Positions 1-10,425 of a DNA stretch of 32,760 bases are shown one piece after another. Both the position numbers and the translations under genes were made by a program. The notes beneath the pieces are model-generated. The model was not told the DNA's origin and ran no database searches. It saw only the letters and a program-made list of their open reading frames with translations. Source of the stretch: Thraustochytrium aureum (Eukaryota); the NCBI GenBank assembly GCA_012862495.1, contig BLSG01000139.1, forward strand, positions 18,272-51,031, given 5' to 3'. Numbering within the stretch: the first letter of the stretch is position 1; each line of letters opens with the position of its first letter.

Positions 1-391
1 CTGCGGTGGCCTTCGCGGCATTGCGCCTGCTCCGGGGATTCTGTGGTTGCTCGCTCTTTCGCAGAGCCTGCCGGCGCTAGCGTTCGGGGTCGTTTTCGCG
101 CGTCCGGCCTTGAAGCAGCTGCAGTCGCGGCAGTTTCGCTCTGTCAACCCGCAGGTTGTTGACGGTGGCAGTACGACTGTTACCCAGGTTGCCCAAGCTG
201 TTCCTGCGAAGATAGAGCAGTAAAAGTAAACGAAATGCTTTGGCGCCTTCCGCTCCTCGACCTTGCTAAGCCAAGGAGGATGGATCTTCATGGCAGAGCG
301 CAACACCGTGCAAAACAAACGATGGCTCTCACTCTTACCGTGGAGATGATAAGTCTGGATTCTCGGCCCTTGTGGTGCGTTGTATTCGCAA

Positions 392-2305
392 TCACACTAT
401 TGGGACTGTTGCAGTTGCCTCCCGCAAGTGCATCATATTTCTGCGGGCGTGGATGTGCTCTGGAACGAGGCGCAGTGCCTCTTCAAAGTTGCGCCGCGCT
501 GCAAAGTGCTTGTCTTGGTTGAATAAAATTGTGCCCACGTTATTGTACGCAGAGGCGTGGGCGGAGGCAGTATAGATCGGCGACTTGAGCCGCTCGAGTT
601 GCTCACTTAGCTCAATGGCAGCCAGAAAGTCGGCCATCGCGGCCTCCTCATCCCCGAGCTGGGCGCGCGCAATCCCGCGGTGGTTGTAAAGGTTTGCCGG
701 AAAGTCGCCAAGTCGGAGGTTGGCAACCACTTTGTCGCAGCAGCCAATAACCCCAACGTCGTCACCTGTGATCAGGTACGCGTGGCAAAGGTCTGTACGC
801 ACAAGTCCGTCCAACATGGCCCAAGGAAGTTCCCCAGCTGGTGGCAGATCGCCGAGCTCCTTGCGGCGAGCGACCTCCAAAAGCGCTCCCTCCATGTGCA
901 GCACCGCACGAGCGAGCTGGCCAAGCTGGCCGTACAGAGACCCCAAGTGGTACATCGAACTGACGTGTTTTGGCTCGAGCTGGAGTGCGCGCTGGAACGA
1001 GTTCTCTGCCTCTGCGTTTGAGTGAAGAGCCATCTGGAGATTTCCAAGCATAAACCAGCCGTCCGCGTAGAGCGGCTCGCGGCTGAGAAGATCTCCAAGC
1101 ACAAGTGCAGCGACCTCATACCTGGACTGCGTTGGCGAATCTTTCGCTTCTTGATAAAGGTCCTTTGCACGCGCGCGGTCGATGCGCTTTCCGCTGCACC
1201 ACCATGCGAGCTTGTCAAACCCAAGCAACTCTAGAGCCTGACGCGCCGCTCGCGCCGGAACGGTTCCATGGAGGGGTTTGTCCGCGCCCAGCTGCACTTG
1301 GCACTGCCGGGCTGCGGCCTCGGCCCAACGCCGGATCGCGTCTGTTGTCCGTCGCGCCTCTTGAACAGCACCCACGGCCTTTTCGACGAGCTGGGGCTGC
1401 AAAGCCGTGCTTGCAAGGCTCTGGGCGACGCTCGCACGAGCGGCTTTGACGCGCGAGTGTACACCGCTTTGGTCGGATCGGCTGACGCACGCGAGCAGCG
1501 ACTCAGTATCAGCCCTGGAAGGAGTTGAGGCGACCGCCCCACCGCCACTGTTTGCGCTCGGCTCAGCACATGCTATGCAGGCCAAAGCAGGCTCCGCAAG
1601 ACCTTCGCTGAGCAGCGCAAGTGCTCGAAGCTTGCACAACGTGGCCTGTGAGCCCCTATCAAGCGTGTCGACATGTAACCCAATGACATCAAGCCCATCA
1701 AGTGCGCGACGCAGATCGCTGGCCGAGCTAGAGTTGACCCCGGCGTACAATTCAATGGTGGGCTCCAGTCGCTTCTGCAATGCATGAAGCTCCGTCAAGG
1801 CGTGGGCGGGCGTGTCCGCCCTTGTCGCTGCAGATCGCGAATGTAAAACGACGCTCAGGGTGCATCCTATCAGTGCGACAAGCGATGCAGACGACTGAAT
1901 GGAGCGGGTCGTCGACTTGGCAACGTTTCGGAGTAACGAACGCGCGCCAAATAACAAGCTTTCGACATCGCGGAAGAATGCAGGGTCCCAGGCTGCACCG
2001 ACGGCTTGCACCCAAAATGCCCAGAGTCCCGACGACCGAAGCAATGCGCCCGCAGAGCGTTGCGCGCCAACGGAGACGCAAAGGCACCACACAACGCTCG
2101 CCTCCGCTGGAGATGCGGCCGCAAGGCCAGAGACTGCAGCGAGGAACGCACCCGCACCTAACATGCCCTGGGTCCTTGCTGCCCTCAACGAGTCAGAGGT
2201 ACTTGCAAAAAGCAAGAGCCACAGCGCCGCCCCACGTGAAACCCCAACGGTAGCCCAGAGAACACATGCACAGCTTTGCATCGCGGCCCACGTGACCTTT
2301 TCCCA
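392..2305 (-). CDS. TPR-repeat protein with hydrophobic N-terminal region; 5' end probably in the gap
   Basis: C-terminal TPR consensus repeats (ADGWFMLGNLQMALHSNAEAENSFQRALQLEP; NLYNHRGIARAQLGDEEAAMADFLAAIEL; AYNNVGTILFNQDKHFAARRNFEEALRLVP). The frame stays open upstream of the 2281 ATG (WEKVTWAA) up to the gap at 2306, so the start is uncertain. Confidence 0.8.
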   Translation of the reverse strand, partial: WEKVTWAAMQSCACVLWATVGVSRGAALWLLLFASTSDSLRAARTQGMLGAGAFLAAVSGLAAASPAEASVVWCLCVSVGAQRSAGALLRSSGLWAFWVQAVGAAWDPAFFRDVESLLFGARSLLRNVAKSTTRSIQSSASLVALIGCTLSVVLHSRSAATRADTPAHALTELHALQKRLEPTIELYAGVNSSSASDLRRALDGLDVIGLHVDTLDRGSQATLCKLRALALLSEGLAEPALACIACAEPSANSGGGAVASTPSRADTESLLACVSRSDQSGVHSRVKAARASVAQSLASTALQPQLVEKAVGAVQEARRTTDAIRRWAEAAARQCQVQLGADKPLHGTVPARAARQALELLGFDKLAWWCSGKRIDRARAKDLYQEAKDSPTQSRYEVAALVLGDLLSREPLYADGWFMLGNLQMALHSNAEAENSFQRALQLEPKHVSSMYHLGSLYGQLGQLARAVLHMEGALLEVARRKELGDLPPAGELPWAMLDGLVRTDLCHAYLITGDDVGVIGCCDKVVANLRLGDFPANLYNHRGIARAQLGDEEAAMADFLAAIELSEQLERLKSPIYTASAHASAYNNVGTILFNQDKHFAARRNFEEALRLVPEHIHARRNMMHLREATATVPIV

Positions 2306-2887
2306 NNNNNNNNNNNNNNNNNNNNNNNNNNNNNNNNNNNNNNNNNNNNNNNNNNNNNNNNNNNNNNNNNNNNNNNNNNNNNNNNNNNNNNNNNNNNNNN
2401 NNNNNNNNNNNNNNNNNNNNNNNNNNNNNNNNNNNNNNNNNNNNNNNNNNNNNNNNNNNNNNNNNNNNNNNNNNNNNNNNNNNNNNNNNNNNNNNNNNNN
2501 NNNNNNNNNNNNNNNNNNNNNNNNNNNNNNNNNNNNNNNNNNNNNNNNNNNNNNNNNNNNNNNNNNNNNNNNNNNNNNNNNNNNNNNNNNNNNNNNNNNN
2601 NNNNNNNNNNNNNNNNNNNNNNNNNNNNNNNNNNNNNNNNNNNNNNNNNNNNNNNNNNNNNNNNNNNNNNNNNNNNNNNNNNNNNNNNNNNNNNNNNNNN
2701 NNNNNNNNNNNNNNNNNNNNNNNNNNNNNNNNNNNNNNNNNNNNNNNNNNNNNNNNNNNNNNNNNNNNNNNNNNNNNNNNNNNNNNNNNNNNNNNNNNNN
2801 NNNNNNNNNNNNNNNNNNNNNNNNNNNNNNNNNNNCTAGCTAGAGAGAGGCCGGTGTAGCGATTTGGGTTGGTTTTGATTGACAACT

Positions 2888-4355
2888 CTACTCGTTCGAA
2901 TAAAAGTTCTCCTGCGGCATGTGCTGGCCGTCCGCGGCGGGGTCGATGCGCTGAAAATGCTGGTTGTTCTTGAACTCCATGTAGAGCGTGAAGAGGACGT
3001 GCAGAGACTCCACCATGGAAGTGAACACCGGGATGTCGAGCACCGCGCAGACAACCCGCGCGTAGTCCTTCAGGTCCAGGTCAATGTCCGCAGACGGCAG
3101 TTGAATCTCCCGCATGAGCGCCTCAACCTCGTCAGGCCAGACCTGCATGAGCGACTCAATGTCTGGCATTTGGCGCGAGTAGTGAACGGTGGGGCGCGGC
3201 TTGGACCGGTGCAGGTCCTTGATCGAGTCTATCCACTGCTGCACTGCCTTCTTGTCACGGCTTGCGTTCTCTATCGACCGCACAACCATGGGGTTCTTGA
3301 CGCTCTTCTTGGAGATGGCGCGCAGCTGCAGGTCAAGTACGGTAGCGTCTGACTGGCTGGCAGCCGGCTCGTCCAGGACCTTCAGACCGAGCTGGTCCAC
3401 TTCCATATTCGGAGCCGGGATCTTGACAAATGTATCAATCTGCCCCACGGCGGGAATGTAGTCCGGGATAAAGCACTTGAGCTTGGCGTCGAGCTCAAGC
3501 TCGTGTGGTTTGTAGCGCCCGATATACTGGAAGAGCTCTTTCACCTCTGAGGAGACATCAAGGTGCTGATAGTCGCTCGGGTTGTAGCCACCAGGCAAAA
3601 CTGCTGCCGCCTTGCGGCTCGCCGCGCTCGAGGTCGTTGACGACTCCTCTTCGTCATCGTCGTCATCGTCGTCGCGATCTTTGGCAGCCTCCTCTTCGCG
3701 CGCTCGCCTTTCTGCAGCTCGCCGCGCGGCCTCTTGCATGTGGGCGCTCTGCGCTTCAAGCTTGACGCCGGCCATCGTGTTCTTCCGCGGCGTTGTCGCC
3801 TCGGAGGCGTCCTCTTCTTCTTCCTCTTCTTCGTCTTCGCTTTCGTCGCTCTTGTTGGAATCGCGCTTGACCGGTCTCTGTGCAGGCGCTCCGCTTGCTC
3901 GGCCGCCGAGCGCTCCAGGGATTTCCTCCGTTTCGGAAAGGTCTCCGTTGCCGAGCCCCGGAGACGCAGCGTCCCTCGGCGGCGAGTCTCCTCGGCTCTC
4001 CGTATCGGAACTGCGGCCTGCCTTTGGACTGGTAGTCTCAACCGTCCGCATTTTGGGGTTTTGTGTCGCTTCGTCGTGCGTGTCGATGCTCTCGTCGGAA
4101 AAGCTGTCTTCCAGCTCGACCTTGGCGTCATAGGGCTGGTTTTCTACCTCGCGCATGTTCAGGCCGCCGCTGCCGCTGCCCTCCGTGCCGCTTGCCGCCG
4201 CCGTCCGACTCGGCGAAGGATGCGTCAAAGTCGCTGTCTTCTTCGTCGTCCTCGTCGTCGTCGTCTCCGGTCGACCGCGACACGTCGTCCGCGTGACTGG
4301 CGTCGTCCTCGTCGCCAGAAAAGTCCGAAAAGTCCTCCTTGCCTTCCGTCGCCAT
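2888..4355 (-). CDS. IFT46: Intraflagellar transport protein 46 (IFT-B); acidic N-terminus joined across an apparent +1 frame break near 4192
   Basis: Conserved IFT46 core YNPSDYQHLDVSSEVKELFQYIGRYKP...LKCFIPDYIPAVGQIDTFVKIP...LGLKVLDEP...QSDATVLDLQLR...MPDIESLMQVWP, plus N-terminal ENQPYD. ORF 4128..4355 (MATEGKEDFSDFSGDED...) joins the main frame if one T at 4192-4193 is removed. An alternative in-frame ATG lies at 4156. Confidence 0.93.
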
Positions 4356-4363
4356 CCTGCCTT

Positions 4364-4477
4364 GCGCTCAAGGCCCGCTCTCGTTTTTGCGCCCTGCCGT
4401 GCGCTGACGCAGCCGTGCGATGAGATGGCCCGCTCTCGCTGCGGGGACCTGCCGCGCGCTCAAGGCCCGCTCTCGTT
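4364..4477. repeat. 22-bp direct repeat (GCGCTCAAGGCCCGCTCTCGTT) just upstream of IFT46
   Basis: Exact copies at 4364-4385 and 4456-4477, with a partial copy GGCCCGCTCTCG at 4427-4438. Confidence 0.75.
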
Positions 4478-5097
4478 GGAAACGCCTTGCGCTAAAGGCC
4501 TTCTTCGCGATGGAATGCCGCGGCTCGCCGCTGCCTGCCCCGCCCTCGCCCGACTCTGCCCTGCCGCAAGCAGAGCGCCTCAGCATCTCTCGCGCCGACG
4601 ATGTGGCCGTTACGTCCCACGAACAAAGCACTGCTCATTCAAGAAAAGAACAAAAGAACCCTGGGAAGAAACGCGGCGCAGCGGCTGGGGAATGAAGAGC
4701 CGTTCGCCCTGGGCTTGTCAGTCAATGTCGGACAGTCCTATCCTCTGCCAGAATGCGAATGGCCGTCGTGCGTCTGCCTTGCACGCGAAGACGATACAGC
4801 GCCCTGCCAGGTCGATCGGTGCGTATGTAGAGGAGTAGAGGAGTAGAGTGCTCTTATTCGCCTCACGAGCTGCACTAGCTCGAGTACTTAGTCAGCACGG
4901 CATCGTAGGTCAGACCCCTTTCGCCTCGTTCCGCTTTTGGCTGTGTTATTGCGACGCGGAGGTCACCATTCCCTCACGGGCAGACACCATTCGTGGACGC
5001 GCAGGGGTGCGAGAGCCAAGCAGCGCTCGGTCGCGCAAGTACCGACGCCAGGAGCCGGGTTGCGGTCGGGCTGCTGCCCAAGGCAAGCCGACTCGCC

Positions 5098-7056
5098 ATG
5101 TTTGCTGTGCGGAGGCTCGCGCGAGCTGAGACTCGGCTGCGTAGCGTGCAAAACCTGAGAGCGTTGTCAACGGCGAGCGAGGCCGTCGTGGACAGCAAAC
5201 TCATCGACTTTGTGCTCTTTGACGTCTTGAACGTCGAGGAAGCGTTGTTCAGGAAATCGGAGAGGTTTGAGCATGTGACAAGGGATCTTGTGCATGACGC
5301 GCTTTCCACGTCGACCAAGCTCGCCACGGACAAGTTCCGTCCGCACAATCGTCGCAACGACTCTGAAGAACCTGTCTGGATTCCCGGGCAAGGCGTGCGG
5401 ATGCACCCCAAGGTCGGCGAAGCCCTTGAAGCCTTTCGGGACGCTGGGCTCTTGTCCGCGCACGCCGAATTCGAGTACGGAGGCATGCAATTTCCGTCGG
5501 TGGTGATGAACGCTCTATTTTTGCCCCTATACGCCGCAAACGTGGGCACCATGACTTTTCCCTTTCTGACGATTGCTGCGGGCAACATGTTGGCGGCCCG
5601 CGGCACTGAGGACCAAAAGCAACGTTATTTGGTTCCCATGCTCGAGGGCGAGTCCACGGGGACGATGAACCTTAGCGAGCCGCAGGCCGGAAGCTCGCTG
5701 GGGGATATTACCACAAAGGCGATCCGACGCGCGGACGGCACGTACGCCATCAAGGGCACAAAGATGTGGATTTCTGGAGGGGAGATCCCGGAGCCCCTTG
5801 GCCCCTTCCAAACAGTGACGCACATGGTCCTAGCCAAGGTGGCCGACCCCGCCGATCCGACTAGCACGCCTGCTGGCGTCAAGGGAATCTCGCTCTTCAT
5901 CGTCCCGAAGCACCGCCGCAACGAAGACGGCTCGCTCGGTCCGAAGAACGGCATCGAGCTGGCGGGCCTCAACCACAAGCTCGGATGGCGCGGCGCCACC
6001 AACTGCGTTCTCAACTATGGCGAAACGGGGGACACAATTGGCGAGTTGGTGGGGAAGGAGGGCCAGGGCCTCGCGGCGATGTTTCTGATGATGAACGAGG
6101 CCCGCATCACGATCGGCGTTATCGCGTCTGCGCTCGGCTACGCCGGGTACGCCGCTAGCCTTGCCTATGCCAAAGAGCGGAGGCAGGGCCGGATCGCGTC
6201 GGCCAAGGACCCCACGCAGTCTCAGGTCCCCATCGTGAATCACGCAGATGTGAAGCGCATGCTGCTTGCCCAAAAGGCATACGTCGAAGGCTCAATCGCG
6301 CTTTGCTTGTACGGCAGTCTGTTGGTGGACCAGCTGCACGGCGGGGTTGCCGCGCCCGACAGCGCTGCAAAGCAGGACGCTGAGATCCTGCTGGACACCT
6401 TGACTCCGCTGATAAAGAGCTGGCCGAGCGAGTGGGCGCTTGAAGCCAACAAGTGGGCAATTCAAATCCACGGAGGCTACGGGTACACGCGCGACTACGA
6501 CGTGGAGCAGTTCTACCGCGACAACCGCCTCAACTTGATCCACGAAGGAACCAACGGGATCCAGTCTCTGGACCTCCTTGGTCGAAAGGTGCACGCCAAG
6601 TCGGGCCGCGGGCTTGGCGTGCTCGTCGAAGCTATGCTGCGCGATGTGGCCTCAGCGCAACAAACCGCAGACGAGGCTGGGCCGGAGGCGCTCCTCTCGC
6701 AGCACGCGAGCGCCCTCAAAGATGCCGTCGGCCGCCTCGTCGAGACCACCAGCGCGCTCAGTGCCGTCGGCAAGTCCAACCCCGATCTTATGCTAGCCAA
6801 CTCGCACGAGTACCTCAACATGGCGGGGCACACAGTGGTGGCGTGGCAGTGGCTCCGAATGGAGACCGCGGCAACTCGCGCACTCCGTGGTCTGGGACAA
6901 GCGCAGCCCGCTGTGACGGACGAAGCGTTTCTTCGCGGCAAACTCGCGACGTCGCGCTTCTTCTTCCGGCATGAGCTCCCCAAAACGGAGACGCAAGCCC
7001 GTCTTCTCTGCTCCCTCGACGACACGAACGTGACAACCGACGAGGCCTGGCTCTAA
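5098..7056 (+). CDS. Acyl-CoA dehydrogenase, long bacterial-type (FadE5/DmdC-like clade), with probable mitochondrial presequence
   Basis: ACAD motifs GTMNLSEPQAGSSLG, IKGTKMWISGG, GVKGISLFIVP, KLGWRG, MFLMMNEAR, AIQIHGGYGYTRDYDVEQFYRDNRLNLIHEGTNGIQSLDLLGRK, plus a C-terminal extension. The first ATG (5098) starts an Arg-rich leader, MFAVRRLARAETRLRSVQNLRALST. Confidence 0.93.
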   Translation: MFAVRRLARAETRLRSVQNLRALSTASEAVVDSKLIDFVLFDVLNVEEALFRKSERFEHVTRDLVHDALSTSTKLATDKFRPHNRRNDSEEPVWIPGQGVRMHPKVGEALEAFRDAGLLSAHAEFEYGGMQFPSVVMNALFLPLYAANVGTMTFPFLTIAAGNMLAARGTEDQKQRYLVPMLEGESTGTMNLSEPQAGSSLGDITTKAIRRADGTYAIKGTKMWISGGEIPEPLGPFQTVTHMVLAKVADPADPTSTPAGVKGISLFIVPKHRRNEDGSLGPKNGIELAGLNHKLGWRGATNCVLNYGETGDTIGELVGKEGQGLAAMFLMMNEARITIGVIASALGYAGYAASLAYAKERRQGRIASAKDPTQSQVPIVNHADVKRMLLAQKAYVEGSIALCLYGSLLVDQLHGGVAAPDSAAKQDAEILLDTLTPLIKSWPSEWALEANKWAIQIHGGYGYTRDYDVEQFYRDNRLNLIHEGTNGIQSLDLLGRKVHAKSGRGLGVLVEAMLRDVASAQQTADEAGPEALLSQHASALKDAVGRLVETTSALSAVGKSNPDLMLANSHEYLNMAGHTVVAWQWLRMETAATRALRGLGQAQPAVTDEAFLRGKLATSRFFFRHELPKTETQARLLCSLDDTNVTTDEAWL

Positions 7057-7185
7057 GGCCGCGCACGGCCGGTCTTGTCCTCCTAGATCAAGGATTGTCG
7101 CAAGCGTGAGCGTGGGCCCCGTTTTAGTTTCGTATCAATCGCCTGGGCCAGGCAAGTCCACAGCCACAACCGTGTGCGTTTATTT

Positions 7186-9199
7186 CTATAGATCAACACC
7201 CTTGCTCTCTGGAGTCGCCTTGCGGGCCGCAGCGCCTGCGTTCCATCGCCGCCGCACGTTGGACGACAAGGACTTTAGCGATTCGCGCGCCGCCGCCGCA
7301 GAGGACAAACTGAGACCTGCGAAAGGGTCACCCCGAGAACCCGACGATGCACCCTCACTCTTTGGAACGTGGCCTCCGACAACTTGAGATACAGGTTCTG
7401 GGCTTGCAGCGATCACTTCGGCAGCCACAGTCCGCGCGGCGGAGGCCGAGAAAGGGCTGGAGCGTTCCGAGAGAAGCTCGACCCTCTGGTGAGCGGCGAT
7501 TTGTCGGTGACCAAGCTCGTCCATTGTTGGCACGCGCGCCCAAGCAAACCCTAGTTGCTGCAAATACTCGTGCAAAAACGCAGCGAAACGCGAACTGTAC
7601 GCGGCGGCGGGAAGTGCACGTGGTGCAACTTCGCCCCCTTGGTCTCCCGAGACTGGCGCTCCTGAAATTGGAAGGAACGCCAAGGCTCTGGGCGGCAAAG
7701 TTGCAACAAGTAGCGCTGCAAAGAAGGCCAAACGCGTGAATGTTGGCGCCAAGTGAAGGGCGACGAGCACCAAGGTGCACGATACGACCAGGAGGTCAAG
7801 AGCGACGCTCAACGTTGCGGACGCGTTCGGATCAGCATAGACGATGGCGTTGACGCTCCGCTCGCACTGGTCTGCCACCCACCCGCTGGCAGCTTCGACC
7901 CAGAGCACCTCGCGTGACGCACTGGCGGACTTTTCAAAAAGGTTGAGCCCGCGCTTCGGATCGCGTATGTGCTCATTCCAGATCACAAAGTCGCGCAGAG
8001 CCATGGTGGCTGCATCCCGGTGCACAGGTACCCCGTCGCGCTCGTAGATCGCGTTTAGGTTTGGGCTTGCCAGGCCGGCGTCCGGCATGCCGACATCTTC
8101 GACAGCCTCGGCACATGTCGAGCTTGTTTCCGTGGTGCGCCGCGGCTTGGCCCCCAACAGCAGACTGCGGTCCACATCCTTGGTCTTGAGTTTGGTGAGC
8201 AAGTTGCCGACCCGCTCCTTTGCAGCGACTAGGCCTGTCCGCCTGTTCTGTACTGTCGCAGGCGGCTCTTGCATGGCGCTTTCGGATGCGGGCCCAGCAT
8301 TCGCAGGAACCTGTGCACGGCGCCCCCTCTCCTTGAGAACACGGCGGGACGAGCGGCGCCTGCGTGCTGTGCCCGAGAGTGGAACAGTTTCCCAGTTCAT
8401 CTGCAGCCTCGCGTTGCGCACGGACGTGCGGGAAACGACCACAGCCGCAGCGTACAAAAGTGCTGGGATCTGCCAAAGCGGCGCGAGAACAACGACGTAA
8501 GCGGCGAACGCGTAAAAGGCGGCAGAGACTAGAGGGCGGCTCCACTGGCCGATCTCGGCGAGGGCTTGACGAGGGCCTCGAGCGAAAAGTTGACTGGCAA
8601 AGTTTCGAACCACAGAGACCCGCAGCAAGTTGCGTCGCAGTCCCTTGAACGCCTCCAAGGTGCCTTTAATTGTGGACCGGTTCGCGCTCGAGTTTGCGGC
8701 GGCTGCAGCGGCGGCGACCGGGTCTGGGGCCAACAGGTATCGCTTCCACAAAGCAGAAGGGCCGACTCCGGGCGCGAGCTCGAGCGAGCACTCGAGGCGG
8801 ATATACCCGAGCGGGTTGGCGGGGAACTCCATTCCAGACTTTGCCACTGTGGGCCCAGCCGGCCTATACTTGTCTGCTTTGCCAACCGGAAAAAGCTCGA
8901 ACCATCGGTCAAAGGCGGGTTCGGCAAAGATGGCGTCCAGAGGGACAATTACTTGGCCGAATGGCTTTGGGTTCCCAATCATTGAGCTCTTGAAGACAAC
9001 AAGGCGCAGGTCCCCGCAAACGTCGTGCACTGCAAAGTCGAGTCGCGTGTTCCAGTCCCACACATCGGGCGTGTTGGGCGTCCTCTTTGACGTGATGGAC
9101 CGTGCAAAGGAGGGCTTCTTGCGCCCCTCCTCGTTCTCCAACATGGGGCTTGTTGTTTGGCTTCCCAGGCCCACGTCGGGTGCAGCATGCCCTTCTTGC

Positions 9200-9230
<31 letters not shown>

Positions 9231-10134
9231 CGGAATTTGGTTCCTGGGGGAATCGAACTGTGGTCCCGCCAAACGAGACGCTGTAGCCAGCTGCTTTGAG
9301 AGCAGACGAGCTCAGTCGCTTTGTTTTCGAGTCCGCGTCGCTTTGCAAGCCTGCAGCATCCGCGACGCGTACAAACAGGTGCCCGAGGGCGGGTGGCCGC
9401 CCGCGCAAAATGCCGTCGGCGCCGAGAGCTTGCTGCACAGGTGAGAAGTCGATCGGAAACTCTTCAACGTCATCGTCATCGTCGTCGTCGGTGAGGGTCT
9501 CGTCCTCGAACGAGCTGCCGTCCTCGTCACTGGAGTGCTCGGTAGTGGCGGAGAACTCGCCGACTTGAACGTTGTGCTCGTCTGACGGAGGTTCTGAAGC
9601 CCCTCTCTCAACTTCTTCGAGCTCACTCTCTGCGGCGCTCACCGCGACCACACCGAGCGCGCTGTGGTCTCGCGGCTCTTCGATTTTGCCGTGGGAGGAT
9701 GCGGCGTGACCTTCCGTGTTGGTGGAACGTTTGCTCTCGTTTGGCGCTTGGTCAGAGATCGCTTCCGGCTGTCGAAGCGATGTCGTTCGCGGTGGCGGTG
9801 GTGGCGGCGGCGACGTCGCGGCGCGCACCGACTGTGGCAACAACGCTGTGCGCGACGGTTGCTGGTTCTCGGCCGGCGCGGGGAGGTTGTGGCTCGGGGG
9901 GCTCAGGGCAGCGCGCGCTCTCGCTAGAAGCGGCCTTTCGTCGCGGCGTGTCTCGTGCGCTATGCATGGGACTTCGAGTTGCGCCTTTGCTTTGCAGCTG
10001 GCGTGCACGACTGCGCCGCAGGTGGCGCATTTGACGCCCTGGTGCCTCAGGCCGATGAGCAGCTTGGAGCACGCCAGGCACTTTGTCGGCTTGAACACCG
10101 TTTCGGCGTGAAAGTCATGCGGGCGGTCTGCCAT
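7186..10134 (-). CDS. C1 + C2 domain membrane protein with MCTP/PRT_C-like transmembrane C-terminus
   Basis: C1 zinc finger HDFHAETVFKPTKCLACSKLLIGLRHQGVKCATCGAVVHASCKAKAQLEVPC; C2-like segment WDWNTRLDFAVHDVCGDLRLVVF...FGQVIVPL...RWFEL; two hydrophobic hairpins; ER..NA....DP and RVP motifs like MCTP C-termini. Confidence 0.8.
9201..9226. repeat. (CTG)n microsatellite encoding poly-Ala in the C1-C2 protein
   Basis: ctgctgctgctgctgctgctgctgct. Confidence 0.85.
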
Positions 10135-10425
10135 CGTCGGCTTCTCGCCCCGGGGGCGCTGTGCCGCTCCCGAAGAGCCGGCCGGTTTGGTCGGCAGCAG
10201 CAGCGTCCCGTTTGGGACGAGCGCCGTACCTCTCCACCCGCCCAGAAAGGAGCGCGGCTCTACCTACCAACACTGACACGCGCGCTGGTCGAGTCTCCCG
10301 AGCAGCCGGCCTTCCGCGTGCGGGTCCCGCCCTCCTGCCGCTTCTTCGCAGGGCCCGTACGCAGCTGCGAAGCGTTCGGTCTTTGCCTTGGTCTCTCGAG
10401 ACTGTTGTCCCGAGCAAGACACGGA

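Noticed and set aside
204..338. Possible minus-strand intron (GTAAGA donor at 338, pyrimidine tract and CAG at 204) downstream of the TPR stop
   Set aside because: The signals look real, but I could not build a convincing coding frame across them. It may be a UTR intron; unsupported without transcripts.
4993..5097. Upstream extensions of ORFs using GTG/TTG starts (also 9955, 12026, 16491, 18079)
   Set aside because: Eukaryotic context. The first ATG gives sensible N-termini such as a presequence or signal peptide.
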